Source of the DNA: Candidatus Micrarchaeota archaeon
GTDB taxonomy: Archaea; Micrarchaeota; Micrarchaeia; Anstonellales; Anstonellaceae
Direction of reading: 5' to 3'
Assembly: GCA_026414185.1 (NCBI GenBank)
Contig: JAOAJL010000003.1
Coordinates: 2,896-66,895 of the forward strand
Length of the DNA stretch: 64,000 nt
The notes beneath the pieces were generated by a model. That model was not told where the DNA came from and did no database searches. It saw only the letters and a program-made list of their open reading frames with translations. This document shows positions 24,281 to 33,785 of this stretch, piece by piece. A program made the position numbers and the translations under genes. Position 1 is the stretch's first letter; the number at the start of each line of letters is the position of its first letter.

Positions 24281-25294
24281 ATGGCTTGGTCTTATCCGGA
24301 TGTTCTGGGTGAAGTTTTGGCTGGCGCAGGACCTATAACACAGTTCATAAAGAGGCATTTCAGGCACTTCAACGCCGCTACCCTGAGGGATGCGGCAGAA
24401 GAATACAAAAAGCTGGTTGAAAGCGGCGGAAAGATGATGGTTACGCTTGCGGGGGCGATGAGCACTGCCGAGCTTGGGATTTCCCTTGCAGAGATGATAA
24501 GGCAGGACAAGGTCCACGCGATAACTTGCACAGGAGCCAATCTGGAGGAGGACATATTCAACCTCGTCGCAAACAAGCACTACAAGCGCATACCGCACTA
24601 CAGGCATCTGACGCCAGATGAGGAAGAGGAGCTTTGCAGGCAGGGGTTCAACCGGGTCACGGACACCTGCATTCCCGAGGAGGAGGCGATGCGCCGCGTT
24701 GAGCGCGAGGTGCTTGAAATATGGAAGTCGCACGAGAAGAAGGGCACAAGGCGGCTTCCGCACGAGGACATGTACGAGCTTCTGAATTCAGGAAGGCTCA
24801 GGCAGCACTATGAGATAGACCCTGCTGACAGCTGGCTTGTGGCTGCCGCAGAAAAAAACCTGCCGATGTTCGTTCCAGGCTGGGAGGACTCAACCCTCGG
24901 CAACATGTTTGTCTCCCAGCACTTTAAGGGAAACCTCAAGGACCTAAACACCGTAAAGTCCGGCCTGCACTACATGGAAGAGCTGATTAAGTGGTACCGC
25001 AAAGAGTCAAAAAACAGCAAGATAGGCTTTTTCCAGATAGGCGGTGGTATAGCAGGCGACTTCCCGATATGCGTCGTTCCGCTCATCAACCAAGACCTGA
25101 AGGAAAAGGCGCCCTTCTGGTCCTATTTCTGCCAGATTTCCGACTCCACAACAAGCTATGGGAGCTACTCCGGCGCGGTGCCAAACGAGAAAATCACATG
25201 GGGCAAGCTGTCCAAGGAAACGCCGCGCTTCATAATTGAGTCCGATGCCACCATAGTCGCCCCGCTCATTTTCGCCTACGTGCTTGGCTGGTAG
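24281..25294 (+). CDS. dys: deoxyhypusine synthase family protein
   Basis: Motifs: MMVTLAGAMSTAELG, AITCTGANLEEDIFNLV, NRVTDTCIPEEEA, GGGIAGDFP. About 337 aa. Confidence 0.8.
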   Translation: MAWSYPDVLGEVLAGAGPITQFIKRHFRHFNAATLRDAAEEYKKLVESGGKMMVTLAGAMSTAELGISLAEMIRQDKVHAITCTGANLEEDIFNLVANKHYKRIPHYRHLTPDEEEELCRQGFNRVTDTCIPEEEAMRRVEREVLEIWKSHEKKGTRRLPHEDMYELLNSGRLRQHYEIDPADSWLVAAAEKNLPMFVPGWEDSTLGNMFVSQHFKGNLKDLNTVKSGLHYMEELIKWYRKESKNSKIGFFQIGGGIAGDFPICVVPLINQDLKEKAPFWSYFCQISDSTTSYGSYSGAVPNEKITWGKLSKETPRFIIESDATIVAPLIFAYVLGW

Positions 25295-25355
25295 CAGAAG
25301 AATTTTGAATCGTCCCTTCCTCACCCTCACGCCAAGCGGCGATGGAGGAAGCAAA

Positions 25356-26978
25356 ATGGAGAGCTTCACCGAGAAGGAAAAAGCCGTCCTGTCGCGGTTT
25401 TGCACCAGCACAGAAAGCGACTGCTTTGTCCTTATCAACCTGCCCGAAGTGGTGAAAGGCGCACTCTTTTCTCGCTACAGCCGCTCGCCAAAGTCTCTCC
25501 GCAGGCTTCTGCTTGACGAATTCATACTCAACCCGGAGTCGGGCTTTGCCGACATGGTGGGTGGAGAGCCAAGCGGGCAAAGCCTAGCCGCCGCCACACA
25601 GAAGGCAGAGGAGTTCTACGAGCGCGTCCTTGTGGGCTACGGCGATGACTCGGTCGCAGAATTGGGCGGGGCGCACCTTGCCTGCGAAAACATCTCCAAC
25701 CTCCTTACAAAGCTCATGCAGGACTCGCGGATAGGGATTTCCCCCCTTGAAAAATCCACCCGCTACGTTTATTTTGACCAGAAGGACGAAAAAGGGCAAT
25801 ACCGCTACCTCCGCGAGCAGAAAATAATGCAGTCCAGGTTTTCAGACGAATACTTGAGGGTCTGCGACTTTCTTTTTGAAACCTATTCCTCGCTCATTCC
25901 GCAGGTTGCCAAGATGCAGCAGGAGAAATTCCCGCGCCCGGATGGGCTTTCTGAGAGGGCGTATCTGGCTACCATACGCGCAAAAGTCTGTGACATCCTG
26001 CGCGGGATACTGCCAGCCTCAACGCTTACCAACGCCGGCTTTTTTGGCAACGGCAGGGCTTTTGAATACCTGCTTGCCAAGCTTTACGCCTCCCCGCTTT
26101 CAGAGGCGCAGTCGCTTGCACGGCTGGCGCAGCAGGAGCTTTCAAAGACAATCCCATCATTTGTGAAGAGGGCGGACGACAGATATGGCAGACAGCTCCA
26201 GCAATACATCCGCGAAAACAGGGAGGCGGTTTCGCGCCTTGCCGCAAAATACGGCAAGCTGCAAGAGGCAAAGGAAGAGCCGCCAAGCGTCGTTCTTGTT
26301 GATTATGACAGCGAGGCAGAGGAAAAAATCCTTGCCGCCATCCTCTTTGCCAATTCCCATGCCTCAATGGAAGAGGCAAAAAAGCAGGCAGCAGCCCTCC
26401 TGCCGCAGGAGCGGCAGCAGCTTCTTTCCGCCTATATAGGAAACAGGCAGAACAGGCGCCAAAAGCCAGGCAGGGCATTTGAGATGCCCTACTACACATT
26501 CTGCATAACCGCCAACTTCGGCATTTACCGCGACTTGCACCGCCATCGCATCCTGACGCAGGAGCGCCAGCTTCTCACCACCAGACACGGCTTTGACATG
26601 CCAAAAGAGCTGGTTGAGGCGGGCTTGGACGGGAAGGTGCGCGAAGCCGTTGCCGCTGCGGACGAGCTGTTCGGGCGGCTGTCCGCCTCAATGCCCTACG
26701 AGGCGCAGTATGTCGTGCCCCTTGGCTGCCGCATGCGCTGGTATGTAAGGATGAACCTGCGCCAGTGCTATCACTTCTGCGAGCTTCGCTCCATGCGGCA
26801 GGGACATCCTGACTACCGCAAGGTCGCGCAGGAAATCCACAGGCGCATCTCATCAGTCCATCCGTCCTTGGCGGCAGGGATGAAGTTCGTGGATTATGAA
26901 AGCTACGAGCTTGAGAGGCTTGAGGCTGAGAAAAAAACAGACAGGAAGCTTGAGGAGATGGAAAGGAAGAAAGGCTAA
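25356..26978 (+). CDS. thyX: flavin-dependent thymidylate synthase ThyX, double-length (about 540 aa) form
   Basis: ATG 25356 follows GGAGGAAG. The ThyX RHR motif (YRDLHRHRILTQERQ) and ELRS..QGHPDYR lie in the C-terminal half. The N-terminal half (GALFSRYSRSPKSLRRL) looks like a degenerate ThyX-like module. Confidence 0.75.
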   Translation: MESFTEKEKAVLSRFCTSTESDCFVLINLPEVVKGALFSRYSRSPKSLRRLLLDEFILNPESGFADMVGGEPSGQSLAAATQKAEEFYERVLVGYGDDSVAELGGAHLACENISNLLTKLMQDSRIGISPLEKSTRYVYFDQKDEKGQYRYLREQKIMQSRFSDEYLRVCDFLFETYSSLIPQVAKMQQEKFPRPDGLSERAYLATIRAKVCDILRGILPASTLTNAGFFGNGRAFEYLLAKLYASPLSEAQSLARLAQQELSKTIPSFVKRADDRYGRQLQQYIRENREAVSRLAAKYGKLQEAKEEPPSVVLVDYDSEAEEKILAAILFANSHASMEEAKKQAAALLPQERQQLLSAYIGNRQNRRQKPGRAFEMPYYTFCITANFGIYRDLHRHRILTQERQLLTTRHGFDMPKELVEAGLDGKVREAVAAADELFGRLSASMPYEAQYVVPLGCRMRWYVRMNLRQCYHFCELRSMRQGHPDYRKVAQEIHRRISSVHPSLAAGMKFVDYESYELERLEAEKKTDRKLEEMERKKG

Positions 26979-27020
26979 GCAAAATGCCCCCATTTCCTTT
27001 AGCCCCAAGCGCGCCCGGGT

Positions 27021-28211
27021 TTATTTCTTTCCAAGCCCAAGCTTTTTGCCGACTTTCTCAAATGCGGCAAGGGCTTCGTTCAAGTCCTCTTTCCTGTGCG
27101 CCGCGGTTACCATGGTTCGGATGCGGGCTTTGCCCTGCGCAACCATCGGATACACGATCGGAATCGTGAAGACCCCCTCCTCAAAAAGCTCAGCGGCGAA
27201 CTGCTGCGCAAGCTTTGAATCCCCAAGCATGACCGGCGTTATGGGGGTTTCAGACTCCCCTATGTCAAAGCCCAAGCAGCGCAGGCTCTTCTTCCAGTAA
27301 CGTGTGTTTCTCCAAAGCTTCCTGACAAGCCGGTCGTCCTTTTCCAGAAGCTCAATGGCGGCTTTGCACGCAGCCACGGTTGCCGGCGGAGCAGAGCCGG
27401 AAAGCAAAAACGAGCGCGCCTTGTTTTGCAGAAAGTCATAAAGCGCCTGCGAGCCTGCGACATAGCCGCCAACCACTCCAAACCCCTTTGAGAATGTTCC
27501 CATCTCCACTTCTACCTTGCCTTCAAGCCCGAAGTGCGACACAATCCCGCGCCCATGCTCGCCAAGCACGCCGTCCCCGTGCGCATCATCCACATAGACA
27601 TACGCTCCGTACTGGTTTGCAAGCTCGCATATCCTTTTCAGGGGGGCGATGTCCCCGTCCATTGAGAAGACCCCGTCGGTTATCACCCATATCTTCTTGT
27701 ATGTGCCTTTTGCTTTTGCCTCGCGGAGAATGCGCTCAAGCTCTTCCATGTTTTTGTGCTTGAAAATCGCCCTCTCTGCCTTTGAAAGCCGCACGCCGTC
27801 TATTATGCTGCCGTGGTTCAGTTCGTCTGAAACAAGCAAATCCCCCTCGCCGGACAATTGGGGGATTGAACCCTGGTTTGCCGCAAAGCCGGTCTGGAAG
27901 TAAAGCGCCGCCTGCGTGTGCTTGAATCTGGCAATCGCCTTTTCAAGCTCCAGATGCAAATCCATGGTGCCTGCTATGGTTCTTACTGAGCCTGAGCCTG
28001 CTCCATGGGACTTGACCGCTGCTATTGCCGCCCTTTTCAGCGCCTTGTGCTCGGACAGCCCAAGGTAGTTGTTTGAGCAAAGCATTATCACATCTTTGCC
28101 ATCCACCTTGCAGCGGGGTTTGCTTCCACCCTCAAGCCTGCGAAGCTGCCAGTTGAGCCCCTTCTCCCTAAGCGCATCCACCTCTGCCTTGAGGAATTCA
28201 TCAAGTGCCAT
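27021..28211 (-). CDS. PLP-dependent alpha-oxoamine synthase (glycine C-acetyltransferase / 8-amino-7-oxononanoate synthase family)
   Basis: Motifs: NNYLGLSEH, HGAGSGSVRTIAGT, DDAHG, and the PLP-lysine region GTFSKGFG. The Kbl versus BioF choice cannot be decided by eye. Confidence 0.85.
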   Translation of the reverse strand: MALDEFLKAEVDALREKGLNWQLRRLEGGSKPRCKVDGKDVIMLCSNNYLGLSEHKALKRAAIAAVKSHGAGSGSVRTIAGTMDLHLELEKAIARFKHTQAALYFQTGFAANQGSIPQLSGEGDLLVSDELNHGSIIDGVRLSKAERAIFKHKNMEELERILREAKAKGTYKKIWVITDGVFSMDGDIAPLKRICELANQYGAYVYVDDAHGDGVLGEHGRGIVSHFGLEGKVEVEMGTFSKGFGVVGGYVAGSQALYDFLQNKARSFLLSGSAPPATVAACKAAIELLEKDDRLVRKLWRNTRYWKKSLRCLGFDIGESETPITPVMLGDSKLAQQFAAELFEEGVFTIPIVYPMVAQGKARIRTMVTAAHRKEDLNEALAAFEKVGKKLGLGKK

Positions 28212-28264
28212 ATGCCCACCTTTTTTTGGCTTTCAAAAGCAACAATTAAAAAACGGCGCCAAAT

Positions 28265-28927
28265 TCAGGAGTAAGAAAGCTGCTTTTGCGCCAATTCCGG
28301 CCCCATTTTTGTCGGGATGGTTTTCAGCAAGCTGGCAACCACGCTGCTGAACTGCTTCTTAATCTCCTTGAGTATCTTTTTGCGGACGCCGGAATAGCTT
28401 TCGGGGTGAAGAGGGCCGGAATATTCCGCTGCGATGTCTATTATGTGCACTGTGCCAGTTTCCTGCTTTTTCAGCCACCTGTTCAAGTCCGCAAGCTTCT
28501 GATTTTGCTCTTTTGTCGCCTTGTCATATTGCGGGACATTGCAGATATAGACATGCCTGCCGTGCTTTTTTGCCTCATCTATTATCTTGCTGAACTTGTC
28601 TTTCAGCGTTTTAAGGTCAGATTCGTAGTCGTTTATGCCAAGCAGTATGACAACAGCATCATAGCCTTCTCCCTTTTTTTTCAAGGCAGAAAGCCCATCG
28701 CTTAGTTTCCGCCCGTCTTTGCAGTCAGAATCCATATCTATCTTGTGCTTGCCGAACTTGTATTTTCCATAGTCTGTGATTCCGTTTCCCCAAGAGTGCC
28801 CAATCAGCAAAACCTTGACTTTCTTTTCAGCCTTTTCATCCCCTTCCATCTTCGCACCAGCGGTACCTATCTCAATCAACATATTTAAAGAGCCGCCTCC
28901 GTAATCTACCCCATGCAATTTTCGCAC
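28265..28927 (-). CDS. SGNH/GDSL-like hydrolase (low-GC gene)
   Basis: Block I-like VLLIGHSWGNG. Block III-like ILLGINDY. A His-containing C-terminal block. Hand count gives 41 G+C in 28561..28660. The start is uncertain (28927 or 28882). Confidence 0.5.
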   Translation of the reverse strand: MRKLHGVDYGGGSLNMLIEIGTAGAKMEGDEKAEKKVKVLLIGHSWGNGITDYGKYKFGKHKIDMDSDCKDGRKLSDGLSALKKKGEGYDAVVILLGINDYESDLKTLKDKFSKIIDEAKKHGRHVYICNVPQYDKATKEQNQKLADLNRWLKKQETGTVHIIDIAAEYSGPLHPESYSGVRKKILKEIKKQFSSVVASLLKTIPTKMGPELAQKQLSYS

Positions 28928-29698
28928 CTTCTGCGCTTTTATTCAGGGGACGGGAGCCTGACTTTCCTCAGCAGGCTGACTGACGGGTCTGTCCAGGAGA
29001 TTAAGCTTTGCAAGCAAAGCAGCGAGAGCATAACCTTCGGGGAGAGGACCGCCTGCATCGGCTACCGCACACCTGATGGCTACTTCCCCTGCCCCACCAA
29101 GGCGGCAAACGTGCGCCAGTGCCACGCCTGCCTATCCCGAGACGTTTCCAAGGTATACACAGAAGGGGACTTCTCCGCCTATCCGCAGCTTTACGAGGAG
29201 GCGAAAAAAGAGGAATACTGCCTTTACCTGGCGCAGTTTGGGCAGAGCATCACAAAGTGCGGCGTGACAAGAAAGGAGAGGTTTGAGGAGCGCATGCGGG
29301 AGCAGGGCGCGGACTTCGGCTGCATAGTGGCGGTCTTTCTTGGTCCGGACGAAGTATATCAGGCTGAAAAGATGCTCCAGGCGCGCTTTGGCTTTGCAAA
29401 TGCCGTCTGGATGGTGCAGAAGATGCAGAACCTCGCATTTGACAAATCAGCGGCAAGAGAGAACTTCTCTTCCTTGGTGGAGACAGTGCGCGCATCAGGC
29501 ATCCTGCCGGACTTCAAGCCGCAGGTGGCTGACTTCTCAGGCTTCTACCCGCAAGTGCGCAACCCGCGCCAGGCTTCTGACATAGCAGGCAGGCTGCTTG
29601 GGGCGAAAGGCGAGCTTCTGTTCTTCCGCTCGCCCGTAGGGGAAGACTTCTGCGTGAATATGCGCCGGAAGGCAGGAAGCTTCTATGCGCGAAGCTGA
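28913..29698 (+). CDS. hypothetical protein with Cys-rich N-terminal half (possibly DUF2797-like)
   Basis: C..CP......C..C cluster (CIGYRTPDGYFPCPTKAANVRQCHAC), followed by YCLYLAQFGQSITKCGVTRKERFEERMREQGA. The family name is recalled from pattern only. Confidence 0.4.
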   Translation: MQFSHLLRFYSGDGSLTFLSRLTDGSVQEIKLCKQSSESITFGERTACIGYRTPDGYFPCPTKAANVRQCHACLSRDVSKVYTEGDFSAYPQLYEEAKKEEYCLYLAQFGQSITKCGVTRKERFEERMREQGADFGCIVAVFLGPDEVYQAEKMLQARFGFANAVWMVQKMQNLAFDKSAARENFSSLVETVRASGILPDFKPQVADFSGFYPQVRNPRQASDIAGRLLGAKGELLFFRSPVGEDFCVNMRRKAGSFYARS

Positions 29699-30424
29699 TT
29701 ACCTGACCGGCTCATATCTTCTTGAAGGCGCGTCAAAAAAGTGCGAGCGGATGAAATTTCCGATGTGAAAGAGGGCGTAGCGAACGTAGCCCCAGCTTCT
29801 TGGTCTTCTCATGGAAACTTTGACAGTCGCATTCCACACAAAGACGAATTTGCCTGCCTTGGCAAGCCTCATGGCAAAGTCCGTGTCCTCTCCCGTGACG
29901 AGCTTGGGGTTGAAGCCTCCGGTTTTTCGGTATGTTTCCGCAGTGCATGCCATGCTCTCCCCGTAGGCATAGACAAGCCCAATCCCGTTCATTATTACTG
30001 CCAAGGGGCGAAGCCACCAGACAAGGAATTCCTCAAGAAGCGTCCCTTCAAGCGGGGCGACGCTTCCAAGCGCCCCTGAAACGCCCCTCTTTTTGAGGGC
30101 GTCCACCATGAGCCGCATCCAGTCAGGCGACACCTCCACATCCGCCCCTGTGAAAAGCAGGTACTTGCCCCGCGCAACCATGGCGGCGGCATGCCTTCCG
30201 CCAGCCGGCGTGCCGTAGTTTTCCACAACTACTCTTGCCCCGTAGCTTTTGGCAATCTCGCGCGTGCGGTCGGTGGAGTTCCCGTCCCCCACTATTATCT
30301 CATACTTTCCTTCAAAGCGCTGCCTTTCAAGCGATGCCAGCGCCGCCCCGATGTATTTCTCCTCGTTGAGGGCGGGTATTATGACAGAAACTTCCGGCTT
30401 TCTTGCGCCTCTGCCTCTCATCAC
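29699..30424 (-). CDS. family 2 glycosyltransferase
   Basis: VSVIIPALNEEKYIGAALASLERQ...YEIIVGDGNSTDRT, with a DxD-type region. The start (GTG 30424 or ATG 30421) overlaps the stop of the upstream kinase gene. Confidence 0.85.
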   Translation of the reverse strand: MMRGRGARKPEVSVIIPALNEEKYIGAALASLERQRFEGKYEIIVGDGNSTDRTREIAKSYGARVVVENYGTPAGGRHAAAMVARGKYLLFTGADVEVSPDWMRLMVDALKKRGVSGALGSVAPLEGTLLEEFLVWWLRPLAVIMNGIGLVYAYGESMACTAETYRKTGGFNPKLVTGEDTDFAMRLAKAGKFVFVWNATVKVSMRRPRSWGYVRYALFHIGNFIRSHFFDAPSRRYEPVR

Positions 30425-31233
30425 AAGACCTCCGCCCCCTTCCCATAAGTCCTTGCCTTTACAAGAGCAACCGGCGTGCGCGAAAGCCGGAGGGGCTGTG
30501 GCGAAAATATCGTCTGCCCAAGCATCGCCATGCTTCCCTTGGGGTTTGCCTCAAGCTCCTGCGCCGCCCAGTTCCCCAAGCCGGATTCAACGGTGAAGTA
30601 GCGGCTTGCCTCCAAAAAGCCATCCCAGCTTTTTTTGGCAAAAAACATCGCAAGCGCCCGCTCGCCTGCCTCATTGACCTTCTCTTTCCACTCCTCAGAG
30701 TGGACTATGCTTGCCGTGCGGATGGGCGAGAAGAAAGCAACATGGATTTCCCTCTCTTCAAGCTCAAGCCTTAGGGGCTTTTGTCCTATTTTTTTCTTTG
30801 CCAAAAATCCTCCCACTGCCGCGGCATCCACGCCGGAAAGGCCCGTGCCGCATTCCACTTCCGCATCATGCGCAATCTTCACGCACCTGCTGTGCGAAAA
30901 GCCGCACCCGAGGTATTCGTTGAGGGCAAGGGAAAGCGAAAGCGCGCCTGCCGCGGACTGCCCAAGCCCGTATCCTATCGGTATCTGCGTCTCATGGCGG
31001 ATTTCAACAAGCCCTATGCCTCCGCAGACGGATGTGTAGCGCCTCAGCACTGCGCGGGAAACAGGCGCAGGCGACTCCGTGCCGTTTATGAGTATCCTGC
31101 TTCTCCCCTGCCTGAGCCGGACAAGCGTCGTTTTGAGCATCTTGTCTATGGCAAAGCCCGCCCCGGCCGCGTCGTTTTCCCCTATTGTGAAGATGCCTGT
31201 TATGTAGGCAGGGCACTGCGCGCATACCGCCAT
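30421..31233 (-). CDS. GHMP-family kinase, pantoate kinase type (COG1829)
   Basis: N-terminal CPAYITGIF, and GHMP motif IGYGLGQSAAGALSLSLAL. About 270 aa. The substrate is inferred from family resemblance. Confidence 0.65.
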   Translation of the reverse strand: MAVCAQCPAYITGIFTIGENDAAGAGFAIDKMLKTTLVRLRQGRSRILINGTESPAPVSRAVLRRYTSVCGGIGLVEIRHETQIPIGYGLGQSAAGALSLSLALNEYLGCGFSHSRCVKIAHDAEVECGTGLSGVDAAAVGGFLAKKKIGQKPLRLELEEREIHVAFFSPIRTASIVHSEEWKEKVNEAGERALAMFFAKKSWDGFLEASRYFTVESGLGNWAAQELEANPKGSMAMLGQTIFSPQPLRLSRTPVALVKARTYGKGAEVL

Positions 31234-31292
31234 GGGGGAAATTGCTTTGCTAACCCATAAAAAGATTGATTTTCAGAAATGCTGTGCAAGGT

Positions 31293-31408
31293 GGGCCCAT
31301 AGTCGAATGCCTCTGCCCTGCGCGTCCCCAAACGCAGGCAGAGCCGACAATGGTTAAGACGTCTGCTTGACGTGCAGAAGACTCGGGGTTCGATTCCTCG
31401 TGGGCCCA
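31293..31408 (+). tRNA. tRNA-Val (anticodon GAC) with a 43-nt intron in the D-loop
   Basis: Hand fold: GGGCCCA UA GUCG [31306..31348, boundary ambiguous within AAUG] AAUGGUUA AGAC G UCUGC UUGACGU GCAGA AGACU CGGGG UUCGAUU CCUCG UGGGCCC A. The intron forms a long hairpin, CUCUGCC(C)UGCG...CGCAGGCAGAG. Confidence 0.75.
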
Positions 31409-31498
31409 CTTGCAAATGAAGTTTTTGGCATACGCATAGCATACATTTAAATACACTATTATACACAAAAAACACACAACAATATGAGAGGTGCTGCC

Positions 31499-32146
31499 AT
31501 GGTTCTGAGGGAAAGGAGCAATGAAGACAAAAAAGACCCGCTGCGCAGAATAGGGCGGGGCGGGGCATTTGACAGCCGCGGTCTTAGCGGAAAAGAGTTT
31601 GAAAGAATGCTTGAGAAGGCAAACGAAATCATGCGGATAGAGACCAAAAACGTAATCTACGACGAAAAGCGCCTCTCTGCGCTTATTGAGGGGCTCTCTG
31701 ACATAGCGCTTTCAAAAGAACGCGTTAGGATTGACCGCAAGCTTGCAAAGAAAGTAGGCGAGGCGCTCTACAGCCTGGAGAAAGGCGACAAAGCAACTGC
31801 GGAGGGCTGCGAAGCAATCTACGAGGCCCTTTGCGCCGCCTATTATGCCTTTGAGTTCGGGGCATACGAGGCAGGCGTGCACAAGAAAGACGCAAGCCAG
31901 CTTATCAAGAAGATTGAGAGCGTGCGCCCGAAGCTTGTTGAGTTCATCCACGAATCGCTTGGCGGGGTGGGCAAGCGCGCCTTGCCGCTCAGCATAGAAG
32001 AGGCGGAAGAGCTCGTAAAAAAGAATGCCAAAAAATTGGGGGAAAAGAAAAGCAAGGCAACCACTGCTGCCCTTGATGCGCTTGAGCTTCTGGCTGATTG
32101 CCTGCGCAACATCTGCGACGAGGAAGCAACTTCCCTCCTGCTGTGA
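31499..32146 (+). CDS. hypothetical alpha-helical protein
   Basis: ATG 31499 follows GAGAGGTG (an alternative ATG is at 31484). I recognise no motif. Confidence 0.45.
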   Translation: MVLRERSNEDKKDPLRRIGRGGAFDSRGLSGKEFERMLEKANEIMRIETKNVIYDEKRLSALIEGLSDIALSKERVRIDRKLAKKVGEALYSLEKGDKATAEGCEAIYEALCAAYYAFEFGAYEAGVHKKDASQLIKKIESVRPKLVEFIHESLGGVGKRALPLSIEEAEELVKKNAKKLGEKKSKATTAALDALELLADCLRNICDEEATSLLL

Positions 32147-32223
32147 GGGTTCAAAAGCGGCAGTCTGCTTTCGCAGCAGGGGACGATAGGCTCTTTTAAG
32201 GGATAGCTTTCTTAGCCCTAAGC

Positions 32224-33366
32224 ATGATAAGAAGGCTTTTCGCAATCAACTTCTTTGATGCCTTCATCGCAGGCATAATGATTGTCGCAGTCCCTCTTTT
32301 GATGCTTGAGAGGGGCATAGACATAGCCGAAATAGGAATCGTCTTCTCCCTCGCGCCTTTTGCAAAGCTTGCCATAAGGACTCTCTCTGCCTTTGCGGCT
32401 GATGCGGTCGGGGAGAGAATCTTTTACGCCCTCGCCTCGCTTTCAAATCTCGCGCAGGCGGTCGCGTATTCGCTTTCGCAGAATGCCGCCGCTTTCAGCG
32501 TGGGGAAGGCGGCAGAAGGCGCAAAGGAATCTTTCATATGGGCGGTCAATAGAAGCAGCATAATAGCCACCAACCCAAAAAGCGGGCACTATGCCCTCGG
32601 AAACATGGTCGGCGGCAGGCTCCTTTATGCCTCTTTTGGCTGCGCGGCAGTCGCCCTGCTTTATCCTGCAGGCGGCTTTGAGCTGGTTTTTCTGCTTGCC
32701 GCCATCCTCTCCATCGCCATGCTTGCCGAAAGCATCAGGACAGCCGACATAGTCCGGCAGGCGAGAATGCGGCTTTCAGACCTCATAAAATTTGAGAGAA
32801 GCAAAAGCTTCTGGGAAACTGCCGCTGCAATGGCAGTCGGAGGCTCGCCTTACTCCGTGGTGCTCTATGTCCTTCTTCCCCTCTACTTCGGGCTTGCGGG
32901 CTTTTCTCTTATGCAAATCGGGCTGCTTTACGCCGCCTATTTCTTCGTGTTCGGGGCAACGATGCATGTGATTTCGCATCTTGGCTATAAAAGCGCAAAC
33001 GCGGCATTCTTCGGAACGGCGCTGTTTGTATTCTGCCTCTTTGGGCTTGGCTTTGCCCCGGTAAAATTCGCCCCCTTCCTCTTCATCATCATGGCGGTTG
33101 GGGACGCCCAGCTTGCCCTGCTTTGGGAGCAGATAATATACCTGGAAGTAAGCTCAAGCCGGAAAATCGCCACAGACGTTGCACTTTTGCATGTCCCCTC
33201 CACCCTCGGCATCGCCATAGCAAGCTGGGCTGGGGGATTTGCCGTGGAGCTTGCCGGCTTTGCCCCTGCCTTCGCCTTTTGCGCCCTGACGCTTGCCGTC
33301 TATGCGGCTTGGGCGTTGCGCCTTTCCTCCGCCAAAACGCGCCCCAAAAGCCATCAATCCTTATAA
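32224..33366 (+). CDS. major facilitator superfamily transporter
   Basis: About 12 hydrophobic segments in two halves, with a short basic loop after TM2. 380 aa. Confidence 0.7.
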   Translation: MIRRLFAINFFDAFIAGIMIVAVPLLMLERGIDIAEIGIVFSLAPFAKLAIRTLSAFAADAVGERIFYALASLSNLAQAVAYSLSQNAAAFSVGKAAEGAKESFIWAVNRSSIIATNPKSGHYALGNMVGGRLLYASFGCAAVALLYPAGGFELVFLLAAILSIAMLAESIRTADIVRQARMRLSDLIKFERSKSFWETAAAMAVGGSPYSVVLYVLLPLYFGLAGFSLMQIGLLYAAYFFVFGATMHVISHLGYKSANAAFFGTALFVFCLFGLGFAPVKFAPFLFIIMAVGDAQLALLWEQIIYLEVSSSRKIATDVALLHVPSTLGIAIASWAGGFAVELAGFAPAFAFCALTLAVYAAWALRLSSAKTRPKSHQSL

Positions 33367-33447
33367 ACATATTTGTCCATAACACAAAACTGCGCCTTTT
33401 TGGAGCCAAAAGCTCAGCACAGAGGCTGTATTGCTTAAGGTGAAAAG

Positions 33448-33657
33448 ATGAGCGATGAGGTGAAAAACGAAATCATCATGGCGTGGAATCGCTACCTTTC
33501 CACCCAGCGCCAGCGCCAGGCGAAAAACGAGTGGTCCACTGCCCAGCACGAGGAAACGCTGAAGATGTTCCGCAAGGGCATTGCCAACCACCCGAAGCTT
33601 TCAAAGAAGGAGCGCCAGGAGCTTCTTGTAAAGATGGGGCTTGCGCCCCACGCATAA
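33448..33657 (+). CDS. small hypothetical protein (69 aa)
   Basis: The ATG is preceded by AAGGTGAAAAG. The product is charged and helical, with no motif. Confidence 0.4.
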   Translation: MSDEVKNEIIMAWNRYLSTQRQRQAKNEWSTAQHEETLKMFRKGIANHPKLSKKERQELLVKMGLAPHA

Positions 33658-33785
33658 GGCGGGCATGCTCTGCCAGCCGGCACTGTCTTTTTGATAGCGT
33701 AAGCCACAAAGAGCATCGCCGGCGTCAGAGTCAAGTCTTCTCCTCATGGTTTCAGGAGTCGTACCTCATCATCCGCCGGCATTGC

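Noticed and set aside
31200-31568. Minus-strand ORFs of 122 and 75 aa
   Set aside because: They overlap tRNA-Val and its promoter region and have no coding features.
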